From the NCBI GenBank assembly GCA_050575255.1, contig JBNZDD010013732.1, positions 14,563,682 through 14,627,681 of the forward strand: a DNA stretch of 64,000 nt. Direction: 5' to 3'. This DNA comes from Harriotta raleighana (taxonomy: Eukaryota). The translations under genes and the position numbers were made by a program. Numbering within the stretch: position 1 is the first letter of the stretch; every line of letters begins with the position of its first letter. This document shows positions 1-10,700 of the stretch, piece after piece. Below the pieces are notes generated by a model. That model was not told the DNA's origin. It ran no database searches and was given only the letters and a program-made list of their open reading frames with translations.

Positions 1-384
1 AATAGTAATTGTGCAGCAATTAATGAAAATGAGAAAGAGTGACACAGGAAGCATAAACGTAGTAATAAATTTGGAAATTTTAAGTGTCACAGGAAAGCAG
101 GCCATCAGCAGAACAGCCTCATCTACAGGCTGTTCGGAATAAATCACTGATGTCAACAAAGGATGCACAAAAGAAGCACTATCTTCAGAATAAATATAAT
201 TTAGTTTATCTTACAAGGTTTGTGGGTGGGTAGAAAAACAGTAAATAGCTCACATTTGGCACAGCCACTTGTGAGTTTTGTAGATATCCACACTGGCATC
301 TCAGATAATATCACATTCAACTGTTCACTGTTACTCTCTCTGTCAGTGTTGATAACTGACAAAACACATTTTTGTAGGTGTTTA

Positions 385-1015
385 CAGCAACAACAAAATT
401 ATACTTGTATAGTGCCTTTCCCATCAGGAAGATGTCCCAAGGTGCTGGAGTCATTGTTTCAGAACTGAGGACAGGGAGCGTGGAGGGAAAGGGGGGTTTT
501 GGAGGTGACTAATGGGAGCATTTTGAGGCGGGACTTGAAGGATGCTAGGGAAGGGGCGAGATGGAGGGACTGCGGGATGGAGTTGCAGAGGTTGGGGGCA
601 GAGTGGCTGAAGGCTCACCCACCAATGGTGGGGCGTGTGGGGCAGGGGGCATGGAGCAGGCCAGAGCCTGCTGAGCGGAGGGGCGGGCAGGTTGGTAGGG
701 GATTAGGAGATCATGGATGTAGGGTGGTGCGAGGCCATGGAGGTCTTTGAATGAGAGGACCAGGATCTTGAATTGGATCCTCTGGATGATGGGGAGCCAA
801 TGGTCGGGCAAGAGTGGGGGAGATAGGGTTGTGGATCTTGGAGCGGTAAAGGACACAAAGCCACGGATTACCTGCAAAATGTGGAGGGAGGAATTGGGAA
901 GGCCGACAAGCAGGGCATGTGCAATGTCAGGCCAGGATGTAATGAAGGCATGAATAAGGGTTTCAGCGACCTTGGAGGTAAGATAATGGTGGAGTCGAGC
1001 AATAATGCAGAGGTA
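385..1015 (-). mobile_element. L2 (LINE2) 3' fragment, family A, degenerate
   Basis: Reverse-complement L2 tail (caacaacaaaattatacttgtatagtgcctttc...gatgtcccaagg) at ~385-445; ORF 545..877 reads HWLPIIQRIQFKILVLSFKDLHGLAPPY, the L2 ORF2 C-terminal motif. Confidence 0.85.
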
Positions 1016-1024
1016 AGGGAAGGA

Positions 1025-1992
1025 ACTTCACAATAAAGGATCCCGGGCCCGAGTCAGGGGGAGGAAGAAAAAGGTGACCGAAGGTGCGGTAGAAAAGAAA
1101 GGTCTTCAGCTGAGAAGGTTGATCCCAACCTGCAGTTTGGATGCAAATGTGTAATTTGTTGAAGAGAGGGGACGAGGCGGAGGGAGTGAGGAAGGGAGCT
1201 CCAGAGCTTCGGGACGTAGTGGCTGAAGGCACGGCCACCGATAGTGGAGCGGAGGATTCTGGGTACAAGCAGGAGACCAGAACCGGAGGAGCAAAGGCAA
1301 CAGGTGCTGTGCTGGGGAGAGAAGAAGTCAGAGAGGTAGGTGGGTGCAGAGGAGTAGAGAGATTTGAAAACAAGAGTGAAGATCTTGAAATCGATCCTCT
1401 CCAGGACAGGGAGGCAGTGAAGTTTGGCAAGGACTGGGGTAATGGGGGAATGAAGTTTGGTGCGGGTGAGAAACGTAGGCGGCAGAGTTCTGAATGAGCT
1501 GGATTTTATGGATTGTGGTGGAGGGGAGACCAGCGAGTAGTGCATTTGAGTAGTCCAGCCTAGAGGTGACAAAGGCATGGACCAGAGTTTCATCGGCTTT
1601 TGGGGTAAGCTATTGCCGGAGATGGGCAATACGTTGCTGGTGGAAAAAAGCTGGTGAGGGACCGGGTGTGGGGGAAGAAGGACAGTTGGGGGTCAAACCT
1701 GACGCCAAGGTTGCATACCGGCTTGGAGAGTTTTAGGGGAAGGTCGGGTAGGTGGAGTAGGTGAGAGCCATGTGACTGAAGACGATGACAAGAGCCAAAG
1801 AGTATGGCTTCCGTCTTGTCAACATTCAGCTGCAGGAAATTCACGCTAATTCAGCTTCTGATGTCTGACAGATAGGTTGACAGAACATGAGAGGACTGGG
1901 GATCACAAAGTTAGGTGGAAAAATAGAGTTGAGTGTCATCCTCATACATGTGGAAGTGTACCCAATGTCTGTGGATGACTTTACCAAGAGGG
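1025..1992 (-). mobile_element. L2 fragment, family B (RT C-terminal half), frameshifted
   Basis: ORF pieces NFLQLNVDKTEAILFGS, CNLGVRFDPQLSF and RTKLHSPITPVLAKLHCLPVLERIDFKI; similar to copies at 6529-8537, 29059-29840 and 53850-54737. Confidence 0.9.
1119..1161 (+). mobile_element. Tail-only L2 (family C) micro-insertion inside L2 family B
   Basis: ttgatcccaacctgcagtttggatgcaaatgtgtaatttgttg matches the reverse complement of the terminus at 2371-2421 and is absent from the paralogous host copy near 29190. Confidence 0.75.
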
Positions 1993-2370
1993 TGCCAAGT
2001 CATTGCTTGGATGTGGGGGTAAAAAGACAGTTGAGGATCGAACAAGACACCTCACTGGTTTGGTGAGGTCGAGTGAGCAACCATGGAGGTTGATGCTGCC
2101 TGATGAAACCTACAAACTACACAGTCACGACACTTTCCAGTAAACCCTCTCAGCTCTGAGACTGTCCTCCTGATGTGAAAGATGTTATATCAGATGCCGA
2201 GATTAATACTATTTTATTTGCAAGAAGCAGTTTCATAGTTGGGCAGGTACCCATGGAGGAGTCAATAAATAACAAATAAAAGTAAATAAATGGAAGATGA
2301 GAAACATAAGAGGATAGGTACATTAGAAGGACTAACTTATTGCTTTATTTGATGTCCCACAAATCTGTGT

Positions 2371-2565
2371 TAACAACAACAACAAATTAGACATTTGCAT
2401 CCAAACTGCAGGTTGGGATCAAGAACTGTAGAGGGCAGGGAGAGCAGGGGTAGAATAAGCCTTGGTCGAAGAGGAAGGTTTTGAAATGGGCCAGAGACCC
2501 CTAAGCAGAGGTTGCGGACAGGACCATGCAGAGTTGGCAGGTCACAGAGGTAGGGAGAAGCCAAG
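2371..2565 (-). mobile_element. L2-like 3' fragment, family C
   Basis: (CAA)n tail, a distinct terminal hairpin, and an ORF remnant ASPYLCDLPTL...RNL resembling the L2 C-terminus. Confidence 0.65.
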
Positions 2566-3267
2566 TAAATGTTAAACTTGAGGGAAAAAATGAGAATGTT
2601 TACTGACCCTGGTGGTTCTGTTTAGTTGCGTAGACAAAAACAAAAGATGGTTTGCATTGGTTTTAGCCGAGCAATGCTCCTGCTGTGTTCCCATTTATGT
2701 TGTACATTGGATGCCAGTGAGACGTGATTCAGTGCTCATGCCAAATATGCATCAAAGGTAGTCATTGCAATCAACATCCATAGTATGGTATGAGAAGTAC
2801 TGGGTGCCAGCAGCCTAGATGTGTCTGTTTCCTATTTAGATTTGCATGCTGCCAGCAGCATCAATAATATCGTTGAATTACAGCAGTGGAATCTGTGTAT
2901 ATTATTTCAATAATAAATGGCTAATTACAATATCTACAACACATGTCAACTTTGCAATTGTTATATAAAACATCACTGATTAGTTGGGTTTGCAATGATC
3001 TCATTTGAAATAATTATCCAGTTATCCCTGCTTTATAATGTGAGAGGCTTCAAAGGCTGATGGATTCTCCTTTTGTCATTTTCAAACTCCAGTTCTTCTG
3101 ACTAATGTCTTAGCTTGCTTTACTGATTAACTGTAACAGGAGCACAATATGAAAGGAGGTTTTTTTTGCAGGAAAAGCTTGACAAAAGTAATTAATCGCT
3201 GACGTGCTCTTTATAAACCACAGAATCGTTTAATGCGTCAGGATTAGTTAGTTGAGCACCAGAAGTG

Positions 3268-3470
3268 AATAATAATAATAATCCTTGCATTTCATATAGT
3301 GCTTTTCACATCTTCTAGACATCTTAAAGCGATTCATAGAATTTACTGTAAAGTGAATTGACTCTGTATTTGTGGGCGAAAACATGGCAGCTAATTGCGC
3401 ACAGCAGAGTCCCACAAACAGTTGCGGATTGAAATGACCATTCATTATTGCTTTTTTTTGAAGGATTATT
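3268..3470 (-). mobile_element. 5'-truncated Deu-domain SINE (family 1)
   Basis: (AAT)n tail plus tccttgcattt..tatagtgcttttcacatcttctagacatct, and Deu core gcagctaattgcgcacagcagagtcccacaaacag. Confidence 0.8.
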
Positions 3471-3481
3471 TATAAACCCAA

Positions 3482-3934
3482 TTCATAGATTCATAGATTC
3501 ATAGAATTTTACGGCACAAAAGGAGGCCATTCGGCCCATCTAGTCTGTGCCGGCTCTTTGAAAAGAGCGATTTAGTCCCACTGCCCTGCTCGCTCCCCAT
3601 AGCCTAATAGACCTGTTCTCCCTAAATAAAGATCTAATTCCCTTTTAAAAGTTGTTATCGAATCAGCCTCCACCACCTTTTCAGGCAATGCATTCCAGAT
3701 TCGAACAACTCGCTGAGTGAAAACATTTCTCCTCAGCTCCCCTCTACTTCGCTTTGAAACTATTTTAAATCTGTGACCACGGGTCACAGATTCGCCCACG
3801 AGTGGAAATAGTTTTTCTCTATTTGCCCTGTCGAAACCCCTCATGATCTTATAAACCTCTATTAGGTCTCCCCTCAATCTTCTCTGTTCTAGAGAGAATA
3901 ACCCTAGCCTATCTAGCCTTTCCTCATAGGTGAA
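3482..3934 (-). mobile_element. Young CR1 LINE 3' fragment
   Basis: ORF 3572..3877 RGDLIEVYKIMRGFD...TRGHRFK...FTQRVVRIWNALP is the CR1 ORF2 C-terminus; 8-mer tail (TTCATAGA)x3. Confidence 0.95.
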
Positions 3935-4691
3935 TTATCTGTGATGCTCCAGAGGCTCTGTTGAAAGTTTTGGATCATTTCCCTATAATGCTGCATATGC
4001 ACTCTGAGAAATTAACAATTAGGGGGAGAAATTCCACCAGAGGATAGATTTACTCTATTGTCGTACCTTTTCAGAATGTGTGTTGAAAGTGAGGACGAGG
4101 ATCTTGAATTCGCTATTATGCTTTAGCAGCCACAGAGTTTAATTTTGTTAAAATGTCAAATTAATCACATAGAGAGGATGTGATCATTTTACCTATACTG
4201 TGCACTTAACCAAATTATTTTAATACAACTAGAAAACATATATTGCACAAAGCTATTTTGTTTGTATTCCCTCTTAACAGCTGGAAAGTTCATCAAATCA
4301 ATATAAATATGTGCGATGCACATTGCTTTGTTTTTAAAAACTCTGGTTTGGTTCCTCAAAATATTCAGGCAATCTTTTTACAGTATATTCAGCATCTTAG
4401 ATGTGCTCCCAACATGAAAGGCACTCTACAAATGTAATTTTGTTGTTCTGTGAGATGTCTCAGAGAAGTAATAAGGAGTTGTACCAATACAAGGAACATT
4501 ATTATTATTACTGTATTATGGTGAATAACAAACATTTTATCAATTTGAAGAAACTACTTTTAGCTATTACTGAGCAAGGGTTTGTAAATCCAGAATTATA
4601 TTTCCAAACTGCATTTATTGATTCTTTAGAGGCATTCATATCTAATTTTGCGGGAAAGATATGAGACTTTGATAAACTCTGATGTTACATT

Positions 4692-5006
4692 GAGTCCTGT
4701 AGCTCAGTGGTTAAAGCACTCGCTTTACAAGCGCGAGACCTGTGTTCGAATTCAGACGGGGTGAAACCTTGGGCAAGTTTCCTTATTCCACACGCCTACT
4801 AATGATCCCTCCAAAAAGAAAAAAAAAATTGGGTCATTTCAATCCACCTCTGTTTGTGGGTGGGACACTGCTGTGTGCAATTGGCTGCTACATTTTTCCC
4901 ACAAATATACAGTCAATTCACTTCACAGTATATTCTGTGTAGCGATTTGAGATGTCTAGAAAATGTGAAAAGCACTGCATCAAATGCAAGGATTATATTA
5001 TTATTA
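4692..5006 (+). mobile_element. Full-length tRNA-headed Deu SINE (family 1) with L2-type tail
   Basis: A box tagctcagtgg, B box gttcgaattc, accttgggcaagtt, Deu core ctgtttgtggg..ctgtgtgcaattggctgc, tail atcaaatgcaaggattat(TTA)n. Confidence 0.9.
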
Positions 5007-7537
5007 CAATGTCTAATTGAAGCAACAAACGTTAACCTTTTATATTGACATTGTCCATGCAATTGGAGGCACTGATGTGCAAAGGTATGATGAATGTTGA
5101 TATTAGTCCGATGGAACCATGGGCTAGCAAACATTTAGCTATTTACAATTTCTTTATCTATACTAATCCATAATGTCACCCTTCCCTGAGGATTGGAGGG
5201 CAAGGATTTAATCTGCATTTTATTGATCCACAAACAGTGTAAGTCTGTATCATTGCTGTGATATTATTGATTTCATATCGTATTGCTTGGCTTGTTTCTC
5301 AATGAATGTATGACAGCAATTTCTGCCTCTCATAATCTGGACCAAGATCACTTGCCAGGATCAGGAAGGGATGCATGTGGTCAGATGGGCACCAAATCTA
5401 CCAGAAATGTTGTAAGAAAAATAATAATACTGTACTGTACTCAATGTCATTTGGTACAGTGCCTTTCACAACAGGATAGCCCAAAGCATTTCACAGGATA
5501 TACTGTAAAGTTACTGTTTTTTATGGGCAACACTGCATATATTGTACAATTCAACTACATAAACAAATCCAAGTTGAACGGTCTATTTGTAAACAAATCA
5601 TCCTCCTCTGTTGTCGCGCACTGCGTCACTACCTTTGACCTTTTCCTTGTCACCTTCAGTTGCACTGACACTTGGATCGATTCCAGTTGTCAATTTTCTT
5701 CCCCCCGAGTTTGGCACTATTTTAATAGTTTTAGGGAATCTATGTTTTTTTTTTAGGTTAGCATGAGAAATTCCAGTCAAACACTCGTAAAGATATTGAT
5801 GATATTTGGAAAGTTAAAATAATACAAAACTCATGCTAAAAATTCATGTTCTCAGTAGAATAACCTTATTAGGGATTAATTCAAGAGGTGAGCTGTAGAG
5901 GAGCTTTACTTATTATTTTTCTTATATTTAGTACTGTGCCTTTCATGCCGGGAGGACGTCTCAAAACGCTTCACAAGATATAATATAAAGTGGAGTGACT
6001 CTTTTTGGGCAAACGTGCTTTAAATCTGTGAAATCTATAATACTTCTTAACACCACTGATTTTCAGCTATTACATATTGGCAGAAGCTCACTACAGGCTG
6101 CCATTAGAGAGACACAATACAGTGAAATAGGATCGAAGGCACAAAGGTGAACAGGTTCCTTCAAGTATAATTCTCTTTTCAGTAAATTCTGCTTTCGCCT
6201 GTATATTTTGTGACCTTGGTTGGATGTGAGTTATGTGCACAGATATCTACTTCTTATCACATCTTCCTCTACCCAATATTTCTGCTTAGAAATTATGCAT
6301 GTCACACGCTTTCATTACTGTACTCTTGAGGAGACTCAGTCAGGAACCTGTTGACATGGAGGAGGTTTAGTAAGGAGACAATAATTGCGAGCACTTATAT
6401 GATACATTTGCAGACGTTTACTATAGCTGAATGGACAATAGCCCCATAGCTTTTAGACCTTGGAAATCTCAGGGGATGTTTTTTTTCAAGCTCACAGCTT
6501 CTGTAAGAAGCCGTTATTGTCGTTGTTGAGCTGCTGCCTCGACTCCATCCCCACAAACCTATTGCTCACCCAGCTCCCCCTCCTCTGCCCACTGCTGGCT
6601 GATATCATCAACCAGTCCCTATCCACTGGATCAGTCCCTCCCTCCCTCAAAACTGCTGCCATCACCCGCCCCTCCTTAAAAAACCCTCCCTAGATTCCGC
6701 AAACCCTAGCCACTACCACCCTATTTCAAACCTGGCCTTCCTTTCAAAAGCACTGGAACGTGTTGTTGCAAACCAACTACGCACCCACCTCTCCTCCAAC
6801 TCCCTCTTCGAATCCCTCCAGTCCAATTTCCACCCAGCCCACAGGACAGAGACTGCGCATGTGGAATTCACAAACAACGTCCATCTGCGACCAGGGTTCC
6901 CTCTGCCTCCTTATCCTCCTGGACCTGTCCACTGCATTTGACACAGTTGACCACGCCATCCTCCTCCAACGCCTGTCCTCTGTTATCCACCTCAGTGGGA
7001 TCGCACTCGCGGTTCGAGTCCTACCTCACAAACCGCCAGCAGTATATCTCCACAAATGGCTTTTCCTCCCACTCCTATCCGGTTATCTGCGGGGTACCCC
7101 AGGGATCCATCCTTGTCCCCCTTCTCTTCCCCATCTATATGCTCCCTCTTGGGGATGTCATCCACAGACACGGGGCACACTTCCACATGTACGCGGATGA
7201 CACCCAACTCTATTTCTCCACTTCACTTTGTGACTCCCAGTCTTCTGATGTTCTGTCAGCCTGCCTGTCAGACATCAGCAGCTGGATGAACGCAAATTTC
7301 TTGCAGCTGAATGTTGACAAGATGGAGGCCAAACTCTTTGGCTCTCATCAACGTCTCCATTCATATGGCTCTTACCTCCTCCACCTTCCCGGTCTGTCCC
7401 TAAAATTCTCAGAACCTGTGCGCAACCTAGGCATCAGGTTCGACCCCCAACTATCCTTCCTCCCCCACATCCAGTCCCTCACCAGCACTGCCTTCTTCCA
7501 CCTCCGACGGATCACCCATCTCCGGCAATACCTCACT

Positions 7538-7693
7538 NNNNNNNNNNNNNNNNNNNNNNNNNNNNNNNNNNNNNNNNNNNNNNNNNNNNNNNNNNNNNNN
7601 NNNNNNNNNNNNNNNNNNNNNNNNNNNNNNNNNNNNNNNNNNNNNNNNNNNNNNNNNNNNNNNNNNNNNNNNNNNNNNNNNNNNNNNNNNNNN
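7538..7693. other. Assembly gap (156 N)
   Basis: Run of N. Confidence 1.
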
Positions 7694-7729
7694 TTGGAAA
7701 GGGTAACCCATCTCCGGCAATACCTCACC

Positions 7730-8186
7730 CCAGGATTGAGGGACTTCACCTATGAGGAAAGGCTAGATAGGCTGGGGTTATTCTCTCTAGAACAGAGAAG
7801 ATTGAGGGGAGACCTAATAGAGGTTTATAAGATCATGAGGGGTTTCGACAGGGCAAATAGAGAAAAACTATTTCCACTCGTGGGCGAATCTGTGACCCGT
7901 GGTCACAGATTTAAAATAGTTTCAAAGCGAAGTAGAGGGGAGCTGAGGAGAAATTTTTTCACTCAGCGAGTTGTTCGAATCTGGAATGCATTGCCTGAAA
8001 AGGTGGTGGAGGCTGATTCGATAACAACTTTTAAAAGGGAATTAGATCTTTATTTAGGGAGAACAGGTCTATTAGGCTATGGGGAGCGAGCAGGGCAGTG
8101 GGATTAAATCGCTCTTTTCAAAGAGCCGGCACAGACTAGATGGGCCGAATGGCCTCCTTTTGTGCCGTAAACTTCTATGAATCTAT
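7730..8186 (+). mobile_element. Young CR1 3' fragment nested in L2
   Basis: PGLRDFTYEERLDRLGLFSLEQRRLRGDLIEVYKI...; tail ttctatgaatctat; the host L2 resumes at aaaagcagctgaaacc (compare ...ttaccccaaaagccgatgaaac in the 1025-1992 copy). Confidence 0.95.
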
Positions 8187-9814
8187 AAAAAGCAGCTGAA
8201 ACCCTAGTCTATGCCCTTGTCACCTCTCGGCTGGACTATGTCCTCCTCGCCGATCTCCCCTCCACCACAATCCATAAAATCTAACTCATCCAAAACTCTG
8301 CTGCCCGCATACTCACCCACACAAAACTCCGCTCCCCCATTACCATAGTCCTTGCCAGACGTCACTGGCTCCCTAGCCCAGAGAGGATCAACTTCAAAAT
8401 CCTCACCTTAGACCGTGCCTTTGGTCACCTTTCTACCACTTCCCCGGCTTGGTTCCGGGATCCGCTATTGTTAAGCGCTCTGAGATGCCATCCGGCGTGG
8501 AGGGCACTATATAATTCTAAATTGTTGTTAAGTTGTTGCTAAGAATATTTGGTTTCGATGCAAAATGCTTGAACAATAGACTTCACAAATCATATTTCTA
8601 GATGTGGAAGCTTTACTGTGAAATACTTCAGAAAGGATTTTTGGAACTCATAAGCGGGTGGAAAATTTTATTTTGTGTGTGTGTCATTTGATGATTAATG
8701 GCAACATCATGTTCATATGGTTGGCCCTATCCTACCATGACTTTTGGAACAACTTTGACTGTAATCCAACATTTCCCAGGGGGTCAACTTTCCTCCAGGA
8801 AGTCGCTTCAGTTTTGCTGATCCAGTAACTTCCCTTCTGTCCCCCTATCCCTCCGGGTCAATTATGCGATTCACGATGTGTTATATTGTTGGTTTCCTCT
8901 CAATTATTCATACAGAATCATCCAGTACTCAAAGCAATGGCACTTTTTTTCAGCTTTTCAGGGCCAGATGTTCATTTTCTCCAATGGCACTACAAATGGT
9001 TAACCTTCCATCAAAGTGATAGGGAAAACCTGCAGATAGAATGGCTCTAGGCAGCATTGAGGAAGTTGTGATGTACACTGCAATCTTCTTGGCCAAGAAA
9101 AAGAGAACACCCCAGCTCCTCTTAATGATAATACCTACAACATGAAGCTTACTAAATATCTAAATTACCTCAAGTGTCGCCCATCTGTCCTCTTTCCGAT
9201 GATAGCTACCCTCTTGTCTATTTGAGTTGCAACCATCTTCAAGGAAGTTCCGTGATTTCAGAAATACTTGAATATTACTTCATGAATTTTATGGAAAGCA
9301 ACGGTAATTAAAACATCCTGGTTCCGATGTTCTTACATAAAAGGAGCATCCACGAGCTATTGCAATTAAACAGGGTTTGTTTTGGTCACAAGTCTACCAT
9401 TGCTTTGATTCTTTGCATTCATTTATTAACGCATGTTTATATCCCTGTACATTCGTGTAACCTACTCATTTTAAGTGTGCTTTGTAGTGATGAGGAAATA
9501 GGATTACAATGGTCTTATTTCTCTTGATTTTTAATTCACCAACATTTTAGTATCTTTTTATGTTTCAAAGTTTTATTCCCTTCTTAAGAGCAAGAATGTT
9601 TTATATATATATTAATTTGTAACAATTTAAGACATGGCCTCAAGTTTAATAAAGGTTTACTGACCCCTATGTAACTGTGAATATTATTTAAGTTTAGCCT
9701 CACTGTTTGAAGCTATCTGTCTGGGAGATTGACAAAGATGGCAGGATTGTGATGGTATACTGTAAAGTGGAGTTTCTGTGTATTTTGTCGGTGAAATGCA
9801 ATTGAATGGGAATT

Positions 9815-10025
9815 CAGTGAGCGAATAGTGAACCTGTGGAACAGGCTCCTTTAGGGAGATGGTTGAAGTAGGAAGTGCTGATTCTTTCAAACACAGATTA
9901 GATAGTTTTCATTTAGGACATAACATTATTGGATACCAGTAATTCACACTGTATGTATATGAGATCGCCAAGGTGAACAAGATGGACCTTGGTCTTTTCG
10001 CATCCAGCATTTGTTAAGTTCTTAT
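9815..10025 (+). mobile_element. Old CR1 3' fragment
   Basis: gagcgaatagtgaacctgtggaacaggctcc...gttgaagtagg...ttcaaacacagattagat corresponds to the R.VN.WN.L...FK..LD motif. Confidence 0.65.
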
Positions 10026-10074
10026 GTGTGTTCCATTAGATCAAGGTGCTGGCATTCACATTGTTACAAAGGAA

Positions 10075-10530
10075 CAGCATCCAAAGGATCCAGCTGATTC
10101 AGAACTCTATGGTCCGTATACTGACCTGGACCACATCTCACCAATTCTGGCTCCCCTTCACTGAACGGATCAATGTCAAGATCCTCCCACTCATGTTCAA
10201 ATCCATGCACTTCCTGGCACCTACCTATCTCTCCAACCTCCTTGCTCCCCAAACCACCAGCCAGAGTCTACCATCATAGATCGTGTTTTCAGCCACTACA
10301 TCTCCAAACTCTGTAACAGTCTTTCTTAATCCCTCGGCCTCTCCCCCTCCCTCCCCCTTTTCAAGTCCAGCCTCAAAATTTTCCTCTTCAACCGCTTACG
10401 GCCACCTCCCGCCACTCCACCCCATCTTGGATTCAGGCTCCGCATTTTGAGACGTGTTTTGTTAAGCATTTTGAGATGCTATCTGGCGCAGAGGGAGCTA
10501 TATAAGTGCAAGTTTTTGCTGTTGCTGTTA
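10075..10530 (+). mobile_element. L2 3' fragment
   Basis: IQRIQLIQNS..RILT, WLPFTERINVKIL; tail gagatgctatctggcgcagagggagctatataagtgcaagtt. Confidence 0.8.
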
Positions 10531-10587
10531 CTGGTACAAACCAAAAAGTAGATCAGATATTTAAGAATTAATTATAATCCTTAATAC

Positions 10588-10700
10588 TAATAATAATCCT
10601 TGCATTTGATATAGCGCTTTTCATGTCTTCTAAATGACTCAAAGCGCTTCATAGAATATACTGTAAAGTGAATTGACTGTATATTTATGGGTGAAATTGT
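10588..10700 (-). mobile_element. SINE family 1 3' fragment
   Basis: aataatccttgcatttgatatagcgcttttcatgtcttcta...gtgaattgactgtatattt. Confidence 0.7.

Larger units (their letters stand above)
6529..8537 (+). mobile_element. L2 family B, ~2 kb 5'-truncated copy with RT domain, interrupted by an N gap and a CR1
   Basis: Motifs CLDSIPT, LLDLSTAFDTVDH, GVPQGSIL.P, HMYADDTQLY, NFLQLNVDK; tail aagcgctctgagatgccatccggcgtggagggcactatat..ttgttg; frameshifts and an internal deletion near 8410. Confidence 0.95.

Noticed and set aside
4692-4765. tRNA-Val(TAC)-like gene (also at 38349, 40478, 41944, 60390)
   Set aside because: No proper acceptor stem; the copies are diverged and run into a SINE body and tail, so they are SINE heads.
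6938-8107. 389-aa ORF as an intact or novel RT gene
   Set aside because: It spans a 156-N gap and joins a frameshifted L2 RT fragment to a nested CR1 3' end, with no credible start or endonuclease domain.
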